Shown here piece by piece: positions 10,333-19,450 of a stretch of DNA of 64,000 nucleotides. Location: positions 2,046,001 through 2,110,000 of the forward strand of contig OX337234.1 of assembly GCA_946965045.2 (NCBI GenBank), in the 5' to 3' direction. Both the position numbers and the translations under genes were made by a program. The notes beneath the pieces are model-generated. The model searched no databases. It was given only the letters and a program-made list of their open reading frames with translations, and was not told the origin of the DNA. The stretch's first letter is position 1. Each line of letters starts with the position of its first letter. This DNA comes from Epithemia pelagica (lineage: Eukaryota > Protista > Bacillariophyta).

Positions 10333-13300
10333 TCAAGAGAATGAAGATGGTGCCTTGTTCAAGGCTCGTTTGGGGCAGCGTCGGTCATGGGGTGGACGTC
10401 CTTTCCCTCGTTCTACGCAGTACTTCATGTACTTGACGCAACAGAACTGGGTTTGGACACGAGGTGGTGGTCCGAAGGGAGGAAAGGTGGGCATACATCT
10501 CGGGACGGATTGAAGACCACCCCAGCCATGGGGATTGCTGTTGAATGCAAAGGGGTATTGCTGTTGATCGGGGAGTGTTGTTGGCCGTTGCTGATTTTGC
10601 TTGTACGGGTTGACAGGTTGGTTTTTCTGTCTTGTTGTCGTTGTTGTTGTTGTCGATTGCAGTACCACCAACCCATTTGCTGTTGTTGCCATTGCAGGTG
10701 TGCTGTTTGCTGCATTTTGAGGCTCTTTGTGTTGTTGTTGTTGATCCTGCACTGTCGCTGCTGATTGATTTGTTGCTGCCATCGTTGTTGTTGGTAAGGC
10801 TTTGCTGTTGTTTGTAACCTTTTGCTTTTTGTTGCTGGTGTTGTTCTCATCCAAATCGTCGCTCTCTTTTTCTTCTCCCTCTCTTTCCTTTCTCTTATTG
10901 CTACTGATTGCCTGTGCTTGTGCTGTTTCTTGTTGTTGTGTCTGTTGTTGTGTTTCTTGCCGTGTCTGTTGTTGTGTTTCTGGCTGTGTCTGTGGTTGTT
11001 GTATTTTGGCTGGATTCTCCTCGCTGTCCTGTTGTTGGATTTCATCTTCGACCTCTGACTCCTCCTCTGCCAAACCCAACAATGGAATGGACGTGTCATG
11101 CGGCAACCTCTTCTTGTTGCTCGCACATTTTCGGCACTGGCATCGATCGTTGAGTGGATGCTTTGGAACTTGTTGCGTGATTTCTTTTCTCGTTTCCAGG
11201 TACTCGGAGAAAAACCGTTCTCCCGTATCTTCTGGAAGCTTCTCAACCTCTGGAAAGGGAGGACGAGAAGCTCCAGACATCGAGGCAAGTATATTGATCA
11301 TGTTTGTTTTGCATGCGTTTCCAAAACTCACCACCATTTCCCATCCTGCAGGCACCACTGAACGTTCTTCTTGAGACTTCGTCATGATTCTCATCTTGTG
11401 ACGAATTGCCCTGTTAAACTGGGCCGTGCCTGCCAAATTCAAAGCATCTGCGAGAGTTTCTCGCATGCCACAGTTGGCAAAATGCGTCAAATTGTCATGA
11501 AAGCTCTCGAGCTTACTCTCTCCTCTCAAAGGTACGTACTCCACTAGCTGGTTGCTTGATCTTGGTGATGGAGGTATCTCACGATACATTTTCTCCACGG
11601 GCAAGGGATCAGCAAGGAACTTTGCCTTCTCTTTACAGTTTTCCAGTGCTTGATGTGTTTCGGCCGTAAAAAGAGGTTGATTGGAGTGTGGATCCAATCG
11701 GCCTCGTGCTGGTGGCTTGCCAGGAGTGGAAGTGCACTTGTATTTGCACTTCCACTCCTCCAACTTGAGGACAATCGTATCGCCACCCCGAATAATCTTC
11801 CGTAAGTTCTTTGAGTACCTCTGTCGAAATGTCTTGGTTCCCATCATTTCACTGATCTCTTCGTCTGTGTATTGTTTCTTGGAGCTTGACATGGTTCCAT
11901 TTTTCAAAGAACCAACAAGTTTCTCCAAGTCTTCAGGATGGTACTCGTAGATTGCATCCAACAATTCCTTCATGGCTATCCCAAAGTCAATGTGCCGTTG
12001 TCTGAGCGTCTTGGTGATCCTCTGTATGAAATGGAAAAGGCCAAGACGGCCCTCCAAGTCATCAACCAACAACAACCAAAAATCCTTGCCACAAGGCCAT
12101 GTGTCAGAGTACATGGCCTTGGGGCAAAACCCGGTACGTCTCAGCACTTGTTCCGCAGCATGTGCAAACTCGAGTGCTGACGTGTCGTGCACTAACACTG
12201 CACAAGCAATTTCTCCTGTCTCTGTTGCCATGGTCCACATTGCAGCTGCATTGAGGCGTCTTGGATAATTTTTCACTACCTGGTGGGTGTGGTCGTGAGC
12301 AAACATGTGCTGGCATCTAACCCCTTGAATCTCTCTTGTGTTTCTCTCATTATCAGACACCATCCAGGGTTGCCACTCGGAGCTTGCTCCATCATCATAT
12401 AGCTGGCGGATTGTCTCGCCTAAAGGTGGGTAGCGAACCAGAAACTCACCATCCTTTTGCACGTAGTCTTCTGATTCTTTTCCTGTAGCAGCACAATAAG
12501 AATAGTATCTCATTGTCTTGTCTTCATAGTAGGTGTTGATTCCTTCATATAGCATCCGACTAATGTAATCCCCATTGCCATAGGTTACCATTGATGCTTC
12601 CATAATCCTCGTAGCATCTTTAGCTAGATGCGATGTTCCTCTAGCATACTTGGGTTCCACTGGGTAACACATAGCCATGTAGGGAGGCAGTCGTGCGAGC
12701 AATTCTCCATCATTCGCATAGAAGGCAGCCGAGCACCCCGCACACTTGTATCCCATAAGTATTGCATACTTTGGGGGACCAGACATGGCGAAAATGGGGA
12801 AAAGGGACTTGTTTTTTGAAAAGTTCGATCGCGTACGCTGGAGATTACCCCGGCAACGAGGACAACGCAAGTGGTGACTGGGGAAAAACAGCTCCCAATC
12901 AACAACCAGGAGTTCCTGTCCCACAATCGAGTTGTACAAAGCACTCGTGTTGTCGGCAATGGGGGGTACAGTAACGGTTATATTAGTGAAGAAAGGTTTC
13001 AAATTCTCAACACAACGCTTAGAACCAAGGCACGTGTCGGTCACATAACTCGCCAACGCATGCACAGCACGTGGGACATGCACCTCCGTAGGTACTGCTG
13101 TTACACGCATAATTACCTCAAACTTGAAATCTTCGGCTGTTGGAACATACGCGCCTTCCTCGCTACCAACGGTAGAACTTTCCGTTGCCATAGTCACACT
13201 AGTAGATTCTGTGTTTTCATTTTCAGCCCCTCTCTTTGCGTTTTTCGACGTGCAATTGGGACGAGGTCGCATGAAAACGTCCACTGCCTCCTTCGTAACA

Positions 13301-13662
13301 TTGGAGGCGGACAGTTTCTCACCACTGGTAAGTGGTTTGCGAATTGCTGCTGCATGGACAGCCTGGGCCTTTTCTGAGGCCACCACCTCTGCTCCTCTTC
13401 CATCGTTCATTCCCTTGCCCCTTGTTGTTGTGTTTTTGCTGCATCTGGGGTGGTGAGGGCGATGAGGGATGGCCATTCCTCTTGCCTTGGCCCTGCAGAT
13501 GGGGCAGTCGATATCGGACTCAAAGATGACCAAAAGGTCCATCTTTCTCCAACCTGAACGCTTCTTCCAACTCTTCTTTGGCCAACGTGAGTACTGATTT
13601 CCGTATCGTTGCGACTGTGGCCCCATGGCCTTGGCCGCTGTGAATTGTGCTGCAGAACTCAT
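10333..13662 (-). CDS. Putative DDE transposase (1,109 aa), resembling the Dada group
   Basis: Single intronless ORF inside the TIRs. Candidate catalytic motifs are FAHDHTH (D1), AMYSDTWPC (D2), RLGLFHFIQRI (position of the (C/D)xxH motif) and RGESKLESFH (E). Zinc-ligand motifs CPRC...CAGC, CPIC...HRPHHPRC and CQCRKC. Q/T-rich disordered tail. Confidence 0.85.
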   Translation of the reverse strand: MSSAAQFTAAKAMGPQSQRYGNQYSRWPKKSWKKRSGWRKMDLLVIFESDIDCPICRAKARGMAIPHRPHHPRCSKNTTTRGKGMNDGRGAEVVASEKAQAVHAAAIRKPLTSGEKLSASNVTKEAVDVFMRPRPNCTSKNAKRGAENENTESTSVTMATESSTVGSEEGAYVPTAEDFKFEVIMRVTAVPTEVHVPRAVHALASYVTDTCLGSKRCVENLKPFFTNITVTVPPIADNTSALYNSIVGQELLVVDWELFFPSHHLRCPRCRGNLQRTRSNFSKNKSLFPIFAMSGPPKYAILMGYKCAGCSAAFYANDGELLARLPPYMAMCYPVEPKYARGTSHLAKDATRIMEASMVTYGNGDYISRMLYEGINTYYEDKTMRYYSYCAATGKESEDYVQKDGEFLVRYPPLGETIRQLYDDGASSEWQPWMVSDNERNTREIQGVRCQHMFAHDHTHQVVKNYPRRLNAAAMWTMATETGEIACAVLVHDTSALEFAHAAEQVLRRTGFCPKAMYSDTWPCGKDFWLLLVDDLEGRLGLFHFIQRITKTLRQRHIDFGIAMKELLDAIYEYHPEDLEKLVGSLKNGTMSSSKKQYTDEEISEMMGTKTFRQRYSKNLRKIIRGGDTIVLKLEEWKCKYKCTSTPGKPPARGRLDPHSNQPLFTAETHQALENCKEKAKFLADPLPVEKMYREIPPSPRSSNQLVEYVPLRGESKLESFHDNLTHFANCGMRETLADALNLAGTAQFNRAIRHKMRIMTKSQEERSVVPAGWEMVVSFGNACKTNMINILASMSGASRPPFPEVEKLPEDTGERFFSEYLETRKEITQQVPKHPLNDRCQCRKCASNKKRLPHDTSIPLLGLAEEESEVEDEIQQQDSEENPAKIQQPQTQPETQQQTRQETQQQTQQQETAQAQAISSNKRKEREGEEKESDDLDENNTSNKKQKVTNNSKALPTTTMAATNQSAATVQDQQQQHKEPQNAANSTPAMATTANGLVVLQSTTTTTTTRQKNQPVNPYKQNQQRPTTLPDQQQYPFAFNSNPHGWGGLQSVPRCMPTFPPFGPPPRVQTQFCCVKYMKYCVERGKGRPPHDRRCPKRALNKAPSSFS

Positions 13663-14021
13663 GATCTCTATTTGTTATTCTAACTTATTGAAGTGTATCC
13701 TCTTTTCCAGGCTTCTGACCATGCTCAAAAGGGTCATGAGATGGTCAGAAGAGGACTTGTCGCAATGGTCGACTTGGCCATGCCATGGGCGACCGTGAAG
13801 GACCGACCGGATCGGCTGATGGAATCTTCCCTCCATGTTTTTTGTCCGTGATTCGATGGGTTCCCGGGACACGGTAAGACACTTGTAACGACATTTGTTT
13901 CCTAAGTGATTTTTTGTGTAACGACATTTCTAACCCAATCATATTGCTGCCTTTTGAAACTAACACCCCTCCAATTGTTGCGTCCCTAATCTATTGCCTA
14001 TAACCCTGATTGTGCATAAAA

Positions 14022-14042
14022 GGGTCGATTTCCCCAAACTCC
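14022..14042. repeat. Right terminal inverted repeat (21 bp)
   Basis: GGGTCGATTTCCCCAAACTCC, one mismatch to the reverse complement of the left TIR. Confidence 0.95.
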
Positions 14043-14076
14043 TTCGTACTCGTGGGTTCGAATCCCACCGAATGCA
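14043..14076 (+). pseudogene. 3' part of the interrupted tRNA-Leu(CAA) (starts with the duplicated TTC)
   Basis: TTCGTACTCGTGGGTTCGAATCCCACCGAATGCA is identical to 8795-8828. A T6 Pol III terminator follows at 14081-14086. Confidence 0.95.
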
Positions 14077-14368
14077 CTGCTTTTTTATGAATCTGGCGAA
14101 TTGATGCTATGTCATGCAGTAACTTTTCTAAGGGAGTTTGACCACTTTCACCTGCTATGCGTCTTTTCTATGTTCCCTGTCTTGTGTGGTTGGTTGTCTC
14201 TGACTTGACTCATGACCACACAAACATTTATCTCTAATGTTTCATTAAAAACGGCAGTTCAAAAACCTCAGATCCCTTGTGGTGGCAACCTGAGAGCGGG
14301 AAGTGGAGCTAAACTTTGGCAGCCCATCGAATATCACTGTTAGGGGTACTTTCAGCAACGTCTTCCAT

Positions 14369-15037
14369 CTAGTTTTCAGATACGTGGCGAAAGATGGGGG
14401 CCACGGAACCATGGTTATTGACTGAACAACATGTCTCAACCGACCAATTATCATCATCTTCATACCCTGCATCAGTCCTCATGTTTTCATCATTCAAGTT
14501 CATGGTGCGATGTTCCTCCAGCTGATTGCTCAGGGGAGAGTCAATGTTGGACGCACAGTGTTTCGGAATGTCCATTGGTTCCAACCAGAATCGTCCATTC
14601 CCCACTGAACGAACACAAGCGGGCGTGCAGCCAACTGCCTCCATACAATTCATCGCATTTGGATACCCTTCTTGACAGTGTCGAGCATCTTCCTCGTACC
14701 CTTCTTCCATACTCAACTGGGCCAAATCATGTTCGGTAATGATGGAAACCCCGCGAGGAGATTCATCTGACTTCATGTATAGTATTTGAGCATAAGCTAC
14801 GGATGAATCTGACTTGTTTCCCAAATTGGTGAAATCCTCCTCAGCTTCCAATCCATTTACCATCACGGACGTAGGACTCAAGGTATCCCCCCATTCATCA
14901 TTGTGGCCATCCGCCATACCGACGAAACCGATATCGTCCACGTCATCTCTTAACGGCGACATGGATCTGTTGACCAATCGTCTTCGAAAGGGGATCCATC
15001 GGGAAGGATGCCTTGACAACGGGTTTGCTTTCATCAT
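14369..15037 (-). CDS. Hypothetical acidic protein
   Basis: Open frame of about 220 aa from MMKANP with a protein-like D/E/S-rich composition. No recognisable motif, and the boundaries are uncertain. Confidence 0.4.
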   Translation of the reverse strand: MMKANPLSRHPSRWIPFRRRLVNRSMSPLRDDVDDIGFVGMADGHNDEWGDTLSPTSVMVNGLEAEEDFTNLGNKSDSSVAYAQILYMKSDESPRGVSIITEHDLAQLSMEEGYEEDARHCQEGYPNAMNCMEAVGCTPACVRSVGNGRFWLEPMDIPKHCASNIDSPLSNQLEEHRTMNLNDENMRTDAGYEDDDNWSVETCCSVNNHGSVAPIFRHVSEN

Positions 15038-15312
15038 CTCTCTTTGTCGTCCTTTTTGCGTTTTTGCTTTCTCAAAATTGTGAAATGAGGCGAGAGGCGA
15101 TCCATTCCAACATTGGTACCAGCCTTCTTTCCATTTCCATCCGAGCTGCAACGGAGGTACGAACAAAATTCGACAGGCACGTTTCAGCACTCAATCGTAA
15201 TCTATCAGCACGCCCAATCAGGAATGAAAATTTCAGCCTCGTTTTCGCTGCGGCATGTATACATAGAGGTAGATATACATACTGGATGGTGATCCACGGC
15301 GATTGGTTCAAA

Positions 15313-16035
15313 CTACTTCGCCTGTTTTGCCTTCTTGCTCTTCCTGTCCTTTTTGCAAGTCGCTTCTTCGCTCTTCTCCTCCTTGCGTTTCCGCTTCTTC
15401 TTCTTGTCGGATTTCGCAGTCTTTTCTTTTGAGTCGTCCTGTTCCGCTCTTTCCGTGGTCACACACGAATCTCCTGGATTCGTATCACTGCCGCTACTAT
15501 TGCTTTCGGGAGCCGTCGAAGCCGTCGTGGAGGAGAGTTCACTTTCGGCACGTTTCCATTTGGCCAAGTTTCTCGATTTGCCAGCCCGCATCCCAAACCG
15601 AGCTCCACCCGTGGCTTCGAACAACTCTTCATCGGTAAATTGCTTCCTACTCCTCTTGTTGTCCTGTTCCTTGTCACTTTTCCTGTTACTACTACTTTTC
15701 TTTTTCGAACTTAATTTGGCCAAGGTATCGCCCAAGGAATTTTTCCACCATTCTTCTCCTTCCTTTTGCGCTTGAAGAATGGCCGTTTGTTTGTCAATTC
15801 CAAGTCCAGCATTTTCTTGTCGTTTTTGAACTTTAATATGAGATTTGATTCCATCCCGTTTCTTTCCCAACCCAGTTCCCTGCTTCCATCCCATTTTTTC
15901 CAATTGCTTCCGAGCAAAGTCCGATGGCGGTGCCGCCAAATGCTCTTGAAAGACACCGGAAGAAAGCTGTTGTTTTCGGTGCTTGGAACCGGCCAATTGT
16001 GACAAGGCCAAGGCCGACATGTTATCAGTTGACAT
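15313..16035 (-). CDS. G-patch domain protein (PinX1/GPATCH4-like)
   Basis: G-patch FARKQLEKMGWKQGTGLGKKRDGIKSHIKV...GLG, then WW, then DEELFEATGG, with a lysine-rich C-terminus. Confidence 0.88.
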   Translation of the reverse strand: MSTDNMSALALSQLAGSKHRKQQLSSGVFQEHLAAPPSDFARKQLEKMGWKQGTGLGKKRDGIKSHIKVQKRQENAGLGIDKQTAILQAQKEGEEWWKNSLGDTLAKLSSKKKSSSNRKSDKEQDNKRSRKQFTDEELFEATGGARFGMRAGKSRNLAKWKRAESELSSTTASTAPESNSSGSDTNPGDSCVTTERAEQDDSKEKTAKSDKKKKRKRKEEKSEEATCKKDRKSKKAKQAK

Positions 16036-16399
16036 GATGTAGTGTTCAATCAATATCAATGTATTTGTGTTCTGGTCTCTTTCTCAGCGCCGTAAGCCTC
16101 TTTGTCTTCCTGATTATTGTTGAATGGGAATGATTGGTTGCGGAAAAGCGTGTGCGTTGAGCGACCGACAGCGACCGCAGTAGTATTTCTCGGCGCTTCA
16201 CATGAAGACATACTTTTGAATCAATAAATATATTATTTGTCACGACCTCTGGGGATGTCCCTAGTCCTTAGGAATGTGACGGTCGTCAGACAGGCCAGAC
16301 GTTTTATGCGACCGCAGCATCAGCACAATCGCCCGCGTGGCAGTTCGCCAGAATGGATCCAATTCCAATCCCACTCACCATGGTCACATTTTCGGTGCC

Positions 16400-18776
16400 A
16401 TGGTTCAAGTTGCTCTTGTCTACCTCCTCGTTCAGGGCTTTGTATGTACCTCGCTCTTGCTTCCCAGTCCTCGACGTGTGAAGAATGGCCACCGTTCTGG
16501 CCTTGCATCCGATCACGGTGCGCGTTTGGATCTTGTATCCCCCACTTGGAACCTTCCAAGAAACCGCAAGAATCATGGACGGCAAGTTCTTCTTGCTTCG
16601 AATGCAGGAGAAGACAGCAACGACGAGAACGCTGGTTTGAATGAGCTGCATACAATGCTTCGAGATGCCGTGTCGGAGCAAAATTTTGTGGAAGCAGGTC
16701 GTATCTCGGATATTCTCTTGTTTCAATTGTACAGTGACGTTCTTACCAATGGAAGTGTCTCGGTTGCCGAACGAGAAGAAAAGATTCGAATGGCCCGAAG
16801 GCGCATGTCCTGGAAAGGTCTTGGTGCCGCTCCCTGGTTGATTAGTCGCTTGGATAGTTTGAATTACACCTTCCCAACAACCATCCAGATCAACTCCATG
16901 GAATCGGTCAACGCCATTCTTCAAACGCAAAGCTACGATTCCATGGAAGCATCATTAGAAGAGCGTGTGGGTCGGAGTAATATGGACATGGGCATTGTCA
17001 TTTCAGGAACGACGGGAAGTGGCAAGTCCTTGGCCTATTTGGTGCCCCTCTTGAGTACCCTTAGTGATTCCCTGTTTGCCCGTCAACGAATCCGTGTCGG
17101 TGCCGAAGAAATGGTGGGCGATACGACGGGTGACTTGTTGGATCGATTGGCCATTGTAACATCGCCCGTCGTTCGATCGTCGGCTCGGAAACAAATTCGA
17201 AGAAGCGACAGTGCCATTGCTACCGGAGCCGCCTTGTCCACGTTGGGCACGTCGGGGACCAATGTCAAGACGCCGCTGGCATTGATTGTCGTGCCCAGTC
17301 GGGAATTGGGAATTCAAATTGCCATGGTCCTCTATCAGTTGGTGGGTGGCAATCTCAAGGATTCACCGACCGAGTTTGCACCGGGCAAATCCAACATGTT
17401 CAAATACAAGGGACCCAAGGGGGTACGCATTGGATGTGTTTTGGATGACGAAGATGCGGCATTTGGTTTGAAACTGCAAACCGATGTGGCCATTACCATG
17501 CCTCATTATTTAGGAAAACTGTTGGAGGATGGAGATGTGGAAGCCTCCCAGTTGCGTGTGGTTGTCTACGACGAAGGTAAGTGGAAGATTTAACGTTGTG
17601 AGGTTGCTCGATTGGATCATGTCCAACCATGGTCTTTGGAATTGCTCTTCTCTTTTACCAGCTGATCTGGCATTGGAACAGACGCCGAGTGGTACATTAA
17701 AGTCATTGTTTGAGGATTCCCCTGGCCCGGATATGCCTGTCAATGAGGACGAAGCATCGCGTCGAGAGTATAGTCGTTTAACCTTTTTGGTTGGCGCGAG
17801 TGTGACCGAAGCCTTGGGAAATTTGGCGGTCTCGTCCCGGATTCTGCCATCGGGCAAAAGCTACATTGCCACCGCGACGCGGTTTGCCCCCCTCCTCACG
17901 GAACAACAAGGGGGAGGGGAAGAACTGGGAGGAGATCGAACCACTCAGGCATCCTTAAAAGATTTGGATTTGTGTCTCTATCCTGGATTGAAGCATTATC
18001 GTGCCACAGTGGAAAATGATGAAGGATTGCTGGTACTGACACGGTTACTGCGAAAGGAACTTCGGGATTGTGACGAGAGGAATTCTCAGGGAGAGGATCG
18101 TCCTCGAGTGGTAATATTCTTTTCCAGTGAAGAAGAAGCCAAAGCCGCCTTGGAACCCTTGCGGGATGCCTTGTGGGGAGAACATCGTTTGTGTGTCTTG
18201 TTGCCCAAAACAGGCGTCAGTCCCCTGACCATCTTGGACCAATTTCGTCGAAATGAAACTTCTGTCATGTTGGCAACTCCCAACTCGGTCCGTGGCTTGG
18301 ATGTCAAGGGCTTGACCCATGTGTATACCTTGTACTTGCCCATGGATGACCCTCGCGAATATGTGCATTTGGCAGGTCGTGTGGGTCGAGTGGGCCAAGC
18401 TCCCTCGAGTAAGAATGGCGGCAATGTCATTTCCATTCTGCGCAAAAATGAAACCAATCAAATGAATGAACTGGCCAGTCAATTGGGTTTTGAATTTGCT
18501 GAAATTGACGCCGAAGCTATACAACGCCCGTCCTTCGTCAAATTTGATTCGTCCATTTCGGGTGACAGTGACGACGATGATGATGATGACGATGTGGATT
18601 TGGTGGTAGAGAGCAATGATGTGGAATCCATGAGACGATATTTGGAAGATTCCATGACATTTCTCAAATTGGCAGATGATCCAACATCTACAGCTACTGA
18701 CACGTCCGTCACGAATGAGGACGACAACAACGAGGACGACGATGAGAAAGATTATGATGGCATTGGTCTATTGTAG
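16400..18776 (+). CDS. DEAD-box RNA helicase, probably plastid-targeted (intron ~17577-17661)
   Basis: Q-motif PTTIQ, motif I GTTGSGKS, motif Ia PSRELG, DE|AD split by the intron, motif V RGLDV, motif VI HLAGRVGR. N-terminal signal peptide followed by a basic transit-like region. Confidence 0.88.
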
Positions 18777-19450
18777 CGCTGCCGACAAGCGTGAATGGGA
18801 GGATGGCTTCCTTGCTTTCGTAATGGCAACCTAAAGTTTGGACTGACAGGAAAATGACGCCCCGCAACCCGTAGAGTCAAAAGTGAAAGCAAGAGATGGG
18901 GAAGACAACAAGTTCTAGAGATCTAGACAATGCTATGACTTTGTTACTTTAGTTGTAAAGTATAAGTGAGTTAAACAATGGAGCACCATAATAAAAGGTC
19001 GGATGAGTGCCGATCCTTCCAGTCTCACGTCATCTAGACCATGGCGGAAAGAGCAAACTACCTAGAGGATGCTACTAGAGACAAACGTGTGAACGGCTAC
19101 TTCTCGCCCCTCTTCGAATATTGGAGTAGGAGTGTAATAGGAGGTTAATACCAAACAAGATATCGTTGCATTTAATGAAATGCTTGCAGAATCATAACAG
19201 TACGGCTTGAGAGCAACACAAAAAATATGGAGTAGAAACAAGAGAGAATATTACTTCTCTAGTAGAGAAGGTCAATAGCTACCATAGCTATGATTATATA
19301 GGAGTAGTAGATATATGTAGAGCGAGGAGAGAAGGAGAGAGCAAATGGGGTTTTCCCGTCGCCTGGACCATTGTTGCTGAAACCTAAGCGGAGTCATTCA
19401 TTGCCTTATCGATTATCATTATCAGGTTATTCGGAAGCACATTGTGGCGC

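Larger units (their letters stand above)
8950..14042 (-). mobile_element. 5,093-bp TIR DNA transposon inserted in tRNA-Leu(CAA), with a 3-bp TSD (TTC)
   Basis: Left TIR GGAGTTTGCGGAAATCGACCC (8950-8970) matches the reverse complement of GGGTCGATTTCCCCAAACTCC (14022-14042) at 20 of 21 positions. TTC lies at 8947-8949 and again at 14043-14045. Removing the element and one TTC restores a tRNA identical to 8747-8828. Confidence 0.95.

Noticed and set aside
10620-11040. Cys-rich plus-strand ORFs and (TGT/TTG)n microsatellites, also near 38570 and 39440
   Set aside because: These are the antisense of Gln/Thr/Asn codon runs in real minus-strand genes.
10333-13662. Fanzor/TnpB or reverse transcriptase cargo in the element
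   Set aside because: No RuvC-type motif order and no YxDD RT motif. Only one long ORF is present.
13930-14010. Telomeric repeats (CCCTAA/TAACCC)
   Set aside because: Only isolated, non-tandem hexamers are present.
8899-14076. tRNA intron or prokaryote-style integrase island (attL/attR)
   Set aside because: The site is not the canonical 37/38 position. Only 3 bp are duplicated, TIRs are present and no tyrosine or serine recombinase motifs were seen.
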